The position numbers and the translations under genes were made by a program. From an uncultured Deinococcales bacterium (GTDB taxonomy: Bacteria > Deinococcota > Deinococci > Deinococcales > JAAFIG01), in contig CAXTTL010000136.1 of the NCBI GenBank assembly GCA_964247135.1, positions 1 to 13,145 on the forward strand: DNA of 13,145 nucleotides. The letters run 5' to 3'. Shown here one piece after another: positions 7,685 to 13,145 of the stretch. How positions within the stretch are numbered: the stretch's first letter is position 1; each line of letters opens with the position of its first letter. The notes under the pieces are model-generated. The model had not been told where the DNA came from. It made no database searches and worked only from the letters and a program-made list of their open reading frames with translations.

Positions 7685-9922
7685 TTAATCCGCCGCCACA
7701 CCCAAGGTCACAAGCTCGAGTTTCACGGTTGCGTTGTAATCTGGCACGTGACTTTCGTTTGATCGTTTGTGCGCATCGAGTAAAACGTTGCCTTCGGGCC
7801 AGTGAACTTGCAGGTTGCTGGGTTTAACAGGGGCTATCAAAACTTTACCGCGCAATTCACCAAAACTCGAGATCAGTTTGACCGCATCACCGTCTTGCAA
7901 TCCGAGTTTACTGGCATCAGTTTGGCTGATGAGAATTGCATCTCGGGTCGCACCGTTTAAAGCATCTTTTTTGGCGTGAATCATGGAATTAAATTGCTTA
8001 CCGCGCCGTGTTGAAACCCTGAATTCGCCTTCGGGCAAGAGATCACGCTCGAGGTTGAAGCTCGAGAAAATGGCTTTACCCTCTGGTAACGAGAAGTTGC
8101 CACCTTCACATAATCTTGTGCCGCCGTACTGAAAGCTGTCGCTGCCATGCTCGAGTTTTTCGATGCCTGCGTAAAACGGTACAACTTTGGCGATTTCCTG
8201 GCGGATTCCTTGGGTACTCGAGAAGTTCAGTTTATCGGCAATTTCGGGTTTGACCAGCCTTGCCACCTCGAGCAGCACGTCCCATTCTGGTCGGGCGGCG
8301 GTCACTTTAGAACCCGTTATTTCTGGGGATAAGATCACGCGGCGTTCGGTGCTGGTTTCGGTGATCCCTCCAGGCACTTCGTAACGCGTGGTGGCGGGCA
8401 GTAAAATCACTTCTTCGCCATCCACGAACATTTGAGAACTGAGCACAATGTCTTGATGGATACGCAAAGGCACATGCTCGAGCGAGGCTTGCATGGCTTT
8501 GGGGTCGGGCATCACCTCGAGAAAATTGCCGCCGACACTCCAGAGCACGTCGAGTTTGCCTTCACTGGCAGCGTCAAGCATTTCTGGTGCGCTCAGACCA
8601 ACTCGAGCAGGAATTTCAAACCCCCAGTGTTGCTCGAGTTCAGATGCGTTTTCGGGTGTGATTGGTTTGCCGCCTGGAAGTGCGGTGGCGTAAGCGCCCA
8701 TTTCCGCGCCGCCCTGCACGCCAGAATGCCCACGGATGGGCACAAGCCCGCAGTGTTCGCGTCCAACAAAACCTCGAGCCAGCGCCAGGTTGACGATGGC
8801 GCGAACATTGTCCTCGCCGCAGGCATGTTGCGTGATGCCCATGCTCCAAATCAACACCGCGCTTTTGGCTTCGCCCAACAACTGCCCCAAAGCCTGCATC
8901 TCGAGTTTGGTGCTGCCCGATTGCGCCTCTAAAGTTTCCCAACTTGTTTGCTCCAGCATGGCGCGGGTGGTTTCAAAATTGTTGGTGTGGTTTTGTATAA
9001 AACTCGAGTCCTCGAGGTTGTTGTGCAAAATATGCTTCAGTGCGCCCGAGAGAAACGCGGCGTCTCCGCCCGTGTTGATTAGGTGAGTGCGTTCGACCAT
9101 GCGCGTGCCAAAAACCGCGCTTTCGGGAATGCTCGGAATCCAGTAGCGTTCCATGCCAGGCTCAATGTACGTGTTGATGCTGATGATTTTCGCGCCCGCC
9201 TTGACGGCGTAATGCAGGTATTTGGTGGCGACGGGTTGATTGTTCGCCACATTCGAGCCGGCAAACAAAATGACTTCCGCGCCAATCCAATCGCTGTAAC
9301 TGCAAGTGCTGGCTGCCACCCCGATACTCGCCTTCAGCGCCACCGTGGAGGGCGCGTGACAAACTCGAGCCGCATTGTCTATGTTCGGGCTGCCGAGCGC
9401 CCTGACGGCTTTCTGTGCGGCGTAGTAACCCTCGTTCGGCATCCCCCGAGAGGTCAGGTAGAACCCGAGGCGGTCGGGACTCGAGGCTTTGATTCGGGTT
9501 GCTATGGTTTTCACGGCTTCATCCCAGGAAATACTCGAGAATCCTGGCTCTCCTTTGCGGCGAATCATCGGGTGAGGAAGTCGTCCGAGTTCGCGCAGGT
9601 CACTACTCGAGCGGGTTTTGAGGCTCGAGATGTCAGATAAAAGATTGAGGTCGAAAGGCGGCATGGTGTTTAGCCGCAGCAAACGCAAGCGAATGTTGCA
9701 CAAGTGCGGTCCTGGCAGCGTCCAATCGCTCAAACCTTTTGTCCCGAGCGCACAACCATCGCACACGCCCTCGTTTAAAATCCGCCAAGCCCTGGGCAAT
9801 TCGTCACGGTTTTCCCACAGGGCGCGGGTTAGCTCGAGGTAATTGTTCGGGCGTTGCTCGCCAAAACCAAAAGGTTTCCAACTCGCCCAGTGTTTGGGAT
9901 TCCAGCTTTTCTCGAGTTTCAT
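7685..9922 (-). CDS. FdhF/YdeP family molybdopterin oxidoreductase (formate dehydrogenase alpha-like)
   Basis: CDGCALG, FYLTSRG..NE, NIDNAARVCHAPS (Cys Mo ligand), WSMGITQH, PIRGHSGVQG, TETSTERR, STRRGKQFNS, and C-terminal dinucleotide-binding domain. Adjacent to fdhD. Confidence 0.93.
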   Translation of the reverse strand: MKLEKSWNPKHWASWKPFGFGEQRPNNYLELTRALWENRDELPRAWRILNEGVCDGCALGTKGLSDWTLPGPHLCNIRLRLLRLNTMPPFDLNLLSDISSLKTRSSSDLRELGRLPHPMIRRKGEPGFSSISWDEAVKTIATRIKASSPDRLGFYLTSRGMPNEGYYAAQKAVRALGSPNIDNAARVCHAPSTVALKASIGVAASTCSYSDWIGAEVILFAGSNVANNQPVATKYLHYAVKAGAKIISINTYIEPGMERYWIPSIPESAVFGTRMVERTHLINTGGDAAFLSGALKHILHNNLEDSSFIQNHTNNFETTRAMLEQTSWETLEAQSGSTKLEMQALGQLLGEAKSAVLIWSMGITQHACGEDNVRAIVNLALARGFVGREHCGLVPIRGHSGVQGGAEMGAYATALPGGKPITPENASELEQHWGFEIPARVGLSAPEMLDAASEGKLDVLWSVGGNFLEVMPDPKAMQASLEHVPLRIHQDIVLSSQMFVDGEEVILLPATTRYEVPGGITETSTERRVILSPEITGSKVTAARPEWDVLLEVARLVKPEIADKLNFSSTQGIRQEIAKVVPFYAGIEKLEHGSDSFQYGGTRLCEGGNFSLPEGKAIFSSFNLERDLLPEGEFRVSTRRGKQFNSMIHAKKDALNGATRDAILISQTDASKLGLQDGDAVKLISSFGELRGKVLIAPVKPSNLQVHWPEGNVLLDAHKRSNESHVPDYNATVKLELVTLGVAAD

Positions 9923-9928
9923 GCCGCA

Positions 9929-9934
9929 AGTCTA
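9929..9934 (-). promoter_or_regulatory. -10 box (TAGACT) of a probable leaderless start for the FdhF/YdeP gene
   Basis: TAGACT-6nt-ATG on the - strand, with no SD. Confidence 0.45.
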
Positions 9935-9935
9935 C

Positions 9936-10670
9936 CTAAAACAGCAGCAATCGCAAGCCACTGAAAAATGCGAACACCAGCGCCACCCGTTCAAACCAAA
10001 CTTGATTGATACGATCCAAGATCGGTTTTCCCAAAAAAGCCCCCAGCAACACGAACGGCACGAGCTTCAGGTCAAACACCAAACTCTGCGGGTTGATGAT
10101 GCCCAAATTCAGTCCAAATGGCACTTTGAAGAGATTAACAATCAAAAAATACCAACTTGACGTGCCAATAAACTCGAGCTTCGGCAGTTTCATGGCGAGC
10201 AGGTAGACGCTCATGATCGGACCGGCGGCGTTGGCAATCATGGTCGCCACACCCGCCAGCACGCCGACACTGCCCGCCAACAATGGATTTTTGGGAGGCT
10301 CGAGTTGCCCACGGATTTCACGAATCACTTGCAAGATCACAATCGTCACGACAATCACACCGACCACACGGTTGATCGCGTGGTTGTCGAGTTTGTCCAG
10401 CATGAACCAGCCGAGCGCCACGCCGAATGCCGCCCAGGGAAAAATCCGCCACAACTGCGCCCAGTTTGCATGACGCCTGAACATGCTGACCGCCACGATA
10501 TCGCCCAAGATCAACAGCGGCAAAATGGCGCCCGTCACGACCTTGGCGGGCAAGACCAGGGTCAAACCGATTGAACCGACAATGCCAATGCCCACCAAAC
10601 CCGTTTTGGATAAACCCACCACCAGCGCACTGACGGCGGCAATGATCCAACCAGTAAGCTCGAGGTTCAC
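9936..10670 (-). CDS. TSUP (TauE/SafE, sulfite exporter family) membrane protein
   Basis: About 244 aa, multi-TM. GLSKTG..G.G, LPLL..GD..AV..FRRHA.W, G.ATM.ANAAGP....YLL, FIGT..W.F...NL.K.PF. Start placed at GTG 10670 because the upstream extension to 10829 is not protein-like. Confidence 0.88.
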   Translation of the reverse strand: MNLELTGWIIAAVSALVVGLSKTGLVGIGIVGSIGLTLVLPAKVVTGAILPLLILGDIVAVSMFRRHANWAQLWRIFPWAAFGVALGWFMLDKLDNHAINRVVGVIVVTIVILQVIREIRGQLEPPKNPLLAGSVGVLAGVATMIANAAGPIMSVYLLAMKLPKLEFIGTSSWYFLIVNLFKVPFGLNLGIINPQSLVFDLKLVPFVLLGAFLGKPILDRINQVWFERVALVFAFFSGLRLLLF

Positions 10671-11009
10671 AAGGCATTCTCGAGCGGGATTTGAGAGGTC
10701 ATAAGCGTATTTTGAGGCTGGCGGCAAGAAAAACACCAGAATCTTGAATAGGGTTCTCGAGCTTGAATGCCGTAAAAAACGGCAAAATGTTTGTTCTTCA
10801 CAGCTTGAATCACACCATTCTCGAGCCACCCAAAACCCAGAAATTTCTTAGCGCTTTCCTCATTTAACCAGCATTTTAAGGGCAGTTCTTTAACTGGGCT
10901 TCATTTCTAAAGATTTTTGAATGCTTCCTCACAGGCGACCAAAGTTCTGGCAGTACCTTTATGACACGAAAGCTCCAAGCCAGTGATTCAGGAGCAAAGG
11001 AGAATGACC

Positions 11010-11951
11010 ATGAAAACAGCCATCAAATTCGGAGCCGCAGTCATCACCGTCGCCCTCTCGAGCGTTCTTTCAAACGCCTTCGCCCAAAGCACCCCAATCG
11101 TTCGCCCACAAGCCGTGATCGTCAACCCAGTCGAAACCCAATTGCAAACCACCGTCAGCGTGGACCGTGGCAACAACAACCCGGTTTACAACATTGGCGA
11201 ACGCATCAAGATTTCGGTTTCGGTCAACGCCGACGCTTACGTTTACGTTTTCAGCATCCACAGCGACGGTGTGATCGATTTGATCCTGCCCAACCGTTTG
11301 TCAGGCGGCAATCAATTCTTACACGCCAATGAGACCCGTACCTTCCCACCCGCCGGTGCAAACTACCAATTGAGCGTTGACGGACCTGCCGGACAAGACA
11401 AAATTCTGGCGGTCGCCTCAAAACGCCAACTGAACCTGAACGAACTGACCAGCTTTAAAAGCAATCAACCGTTCGCCAACGTCACCGTTCAAGGGCAAGA
11501 CAACCTGGCTCGAGCGCTGGCAGTGGTCGTCACCCCAGTTCCAAGCACCGATTGGGTCACCAGCTACACGCAATTTCAAGTTCGTGGCGGTGGACTGGTC
11601 AACGCCCCAGCCCCACAACCACAACCCGTCGTCGTGGTTGCCCCACAACCACAACCAAGCAACGTGATCTTCGCCGACCTGAACTTGGTGATTTACCCCA
11701 ACGCCCAAATCGTGCAGTTTATCCAACGTTACGAAACCGACGGCGAAGTTGAAATTCTGTTTCGCAGCAACGCCACGATTGGACAACTGGCAAGCTTTTA
11801 CAAAAATGCGGTCGAAGCCCGTGGTTGGAGCACCCGCAAAGCAAAACTCCGCAACGACAATGCCAAGCTCGAGTTTCGCAAAGGTTCAGACAAACTGACG
11901 CTCGAGATTAACCGTGAGGATGGGATGTATCGGTTGACGATTCAGAACTAA
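11010..11951 (+). CDS. Secreted DUF4384 domain protein with Pro/Gln linker and C-terminal domain
   Basis: AAGGAG SD 7 nt before ATG 11010. Signal peptide ending AFA-Q. Y.IGE.I.ISV.VN.DAYVYVF.I..DG....ILPN (DUF4384-like), APQPQP repeats. Confidence 0.82.
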   Translation: MKTAIKFGAAVITVALSSVLSNAFAQSTPIVRPQAVIVNPVETQLQTTVSVDRGNNNPVYNIGERIKISVSVNADAYVYVFSIHSDGVIDLILPNRLSGGNQFLHANETRTFPPAGANYQLSVDGPAGQDKILAVASKRQLNLNELTSFKSNQPFANVTVQGQDNLARALAVVVTPVPSTDWVTSYTQFQVRGGGLVNAPAPQPQPVVVVAPQPQPSNVIFADLNLVIYPNAQIVQFIQRYETDGEVEILFRSNATIGQLASFYKNAVEARGWSTRKAKLRNDNAKLEFRKGSDKLTLEINREDGMYRLTIQN

Positions 11952-11979
11952 ACTGAAATCCTGAACCTCGAGCCATTGT

Positions 11980-12018
11980 TGGACGCGCCAGAGAGAACCT
12001 GGCGCGTTCAGTTTTTTT
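11980..12018 (+). terminator. Rho-independent terminator after the DUF4384 gene
   Basis: TGGACGCGCCAG-AGAGAAC-CTGGCGCGTTCA followed by GTTTTTTT. Confidence 0.85.
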
Positions 12019-12367
12019 AACGCTCCCAACCCGCAAGCGCCCGCACGAACCCCGCCACTTCCTCGAGTTCCTTGTCCGAAATCGTGGTTTTGTCAAACGC
12101 TGGCATTTGCGCCGCGCCCATGATGCGCCCCACCCGAATTCGGGTTTTGATGTAATCCAAACTTTTCAAGTTCACATTGTCCACCATGCGTTTGCCGTAA
12201 CCGCCATTGCCATTGTCATGACAGCGAATGCAGTTGTTCTTCTCGAAAATGTCCCGACCTTCAGGATGCAAGGCGGTGGCTCGAGACAAGGCTTGGGTGC
12301 TGTTGTCGCAGGAAACGAACAACAGTGTGGCAGCGAAAACAACAGCTGTAACTCGGGCAAACTTCAC
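12017..12367 (-). CDS. Monoheme cytochrome c lipoprotein
   Basis: Lipoprotein signal MKFARVTAVVFAATLLFVS-C, heme motif CIRCH, distal Met in QMPAF. GTG 12367 is preceded by CAGAAT-6nt (leaderless-type). Confidence 0.88.
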   Translation of the reverse strand: MKFARVTAVVFAATLLFVSCDNSTQALSRATALHPEGRDIFEKNNCIRCHDNGNGGYGKRMVDNVNLKSLDYIKTRIRVGRIMGAAQMPAFDKTTISDKELEEVAGFVRALAGWER

Positions 12368-12460
12368 AGGTTTATTCTGCCCCTTAAAACCAAAACAGCC
12401 TAGGGGCAAGCATCACCTGAAACTCGAGGTGCAGCCCGTTTGAAATTCTTTAAACTTAGG

Positions 12461-12625
12461 TTACTTCAGGAGGCTCACCAAGCTGGCAATAACTCCAGCG
12501 ATGATGGTCACAATGGCTGCCCAGAATTCCACTTTTGACTTCACGCTTTTCAACGTTTTGGCTTTTGGTGGTGTGCGTTTGCCTTGCGGCTTGGCACGTT
12601 TTTTGGTATGCTTCTTGTGTAGCAA
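12461..12625 (-). CDS. Small basic membrane peptide, candidate type I toxin (54 aa)
   Basis: TTG start 7 nt after a strong AGAAAGGAGG SD. MLHKKHTKKRAKPQGKRTPPKAKTLKSVKSKVEFWAAIVTIIAGVIASLVSLLK has a Lys/Arg-rich N-terminus and a single C-terminal hydrophobic helix. Confidence 0.7.
   Translation of the reverse strand: MLHKKHTKKRAKPQGKRTPPKAKTLKSVKSKVEFWAAIVTIIAGVIASLVSLLK
12584..12612 (+). promoter_or_regulatory. Putative antisense-RNA promoter embedded in the peptide ORF
   Basis: TTGCGG-17nt-TATGCT with an extended -10 TG (TGGTATGCT). Confidence 0.55.
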
Positions 12626-12689
12626 GGTAGTACCTCCTTTCTGGAGGCATACCCGCACCCTTCCGACAGGGTGCGGGTTCTCCGTTTTA
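12619..12689 (+). ncRNA. Putative cis-antisense antitoxin RNA (about 70 nt)
   Basis: Starts 6 nt after the -10 box and covers the start codon and SD of the peptide gene. Ends in a perfect 11-bp hairpin ACCCGCACCCT-TCCGAC-AGGGTGCGGGT (12651-12678) followed by TCTCCGTTTT. Confidence 0.5.
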
Positions 12690-12756
12690 TCGGTCATCCG
12701 ACCCTGAATTCACAACCCAAGTTGTCAAGGAACATTTTCAAACGGGCTACGCCAGC

Positions 12757-12765
12757 AGCATAACA
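12757..12765 (-). promoter_or_regulatory. Extended -10 promoter for the peptide mRNA
   Basis: - strand TGTTATGCT followed by 6 nt gives a predicted +1 at G12750, exactly the first base of the inverted repeat. No well-spaced -35. Confidence 0.5.
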
Positions 12766-12780
12766 TGAAGTTCAAGCATC

Positions 12781-12813
12781 AAAAAAGTGCGCCGCTCGAG
12801 TTGCAACGCACTT
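12781..12813 (-). terminator. Rho-independent terminator of the DnaJ-class gene
   Basis: - strand AAGTGCGTTGC-AACTCGA-GCGGCGCACTT-TTTT (G-U pairs on this strand), 15 nt after the stop codon. Confidence 0.75.
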
Positions 12814-12828
12814 CAAAATGGCAATGGA

Positions 12829-13145
12829 TTAAACCGTTATTTTGGCGAGCTTCTCGTACAACTCGAGTTCTTCCGCGCTGGGTTCTTTGGGAACCGCAAT
12901 CCGAATCTCGAGCAGCGCATCGCCGCGCGATCCATCGCGTTTGATCCAACCTTGCCCGCGAAGGCGCATCACACGCCCAGCTTGCGAGCGGGCTGGAATG
13001 TTCACCTCGCCGCGTCCCTCGAGTGTGGTGGCGGTAATCGTTCCGCCCACCACGGCAATCGGCGCTGGAACTTCGGTGACGATGCGCACGTCATCACCCT
13101 CGAGTTTGATGTTCGGGTCAGAATCGAGTTTGACGGTCAGCATGA
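12829..13145 (-). CDS. DnaJ-class chaperone (CbpA/DnaJ C-terminal domain), 3' portion only
   Basis: GDD......V....AV.GG.I...TLEG...V.IP..SQ.G..MRLRGQG......RGD.L.EI.I.VP..PS.EE.ELYEKL is a DnaJ_C pattern. The gene extends beyond the window. Confidence 0.88.
   Translation of the reverse strand, partial: MLTVKLDSDPNIKLEGDDVRIVTEVPAPIAVVGGTITATTLEGRGEVNIPARSQAGRVMRLRGQGWIKRDGSRGDALLEIRIAVPKEPSAEELELYEKLAKITV

Larger units (their letters stand above)
12431..12750 (-). repeat. Long-range imperfect inverted repeat (12431-12462 vs 12714-12750) enclosing the small peptide gene
   Basis: Perfect 13-bp core AGCCCGTTTGAAA (12433-12445) / TTTCAAACGGGCT (12736-12748), extended by AACTTAGGTT / AACCCAAGTT. 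Two mismatches become G-U pairs only in a - strand RNA. Confidence 0.75.

Noticed and set aside
10671-11009. Possible Moco riboswitch or sRNA in the divergent intergenic region upstream of the TSUP-fdh cluster
   Set aside because: Only short hairpins (e.g. GCCGT-AAAAA-ACGGC) and a 9-bp repeat AGCTTGAAT are visible, with no recognisable riboswitch consensus. An Rfam cmscan would be needed.
41-12443. Numerous 60-185 aa alternative-frame and antisense ORFs in the ORF track
   Set aside because: They overlap well-supported genes and show no recognisable motifs, so they are treated as shadow ORFs.
12456-12650. Overlapping 64-aa ORF as a mok-like leader
   Set aside because: It overlaps the peptide gene as mok overlaps hok, but has no SD and no recognisable features. 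Not supportable from sequence alone.
12461-12697. 78-aa version of the small ORF starting at ATG 12697
   Set aside because: No SD at 12697, and the extension runs through the structured hairpins. A strong SD is optimally spaced for TTG 12625.
12722-12727. TTGACA on the - strand as a -35 box
   Set aside because: No acceptable -10 hexamer 16-18 nt downstream, and it lies within the pairing arm.

Overview
Bacterial chromosomal window. The gene content (DUF4384 secreted protein, Uma2, several leaderless-type starts) suggests Deinococcota, but that is inference. Gene order: GH42 beta-galactosidase (5'-truncated); a REP-associated tyrosine transposase (RAYT) bracketed by a perfect 29-bp inverted GTAG-REP pair; an AT-rich orphan gene; Uma2 endonuclease; tpiA, 3-hydroxybutyryl-CoA dehydrogenase, orphan DUF433, acyl-CoA dehydrogenase; a TSUP / FdhF-YdeP molybdoenzyme / fdhD cluster; DUF4384 secreted protein; cytochrome c lipoprotein; and the 3' part of a DnaJ-class gene. 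Three non-obvious signals stand out. (1) A compact candidate type I toxin-antitoxin locus at about 12431-12765: a 54-aa basic plus transmembrane peptide, a sequestered SD, 5'-3' long-range mRNA pairing, and an antisense RNA with its own promoter and hairpin. (2) A RAYT/REP system with three distinct GTAG-REP sequence types and two intergenic REP doublets. (3) Extreme over-representation of the palindrome CTCGAG (about 106 copies by manual count, versus about 3 expected), resembling a HIP-type genome signature.
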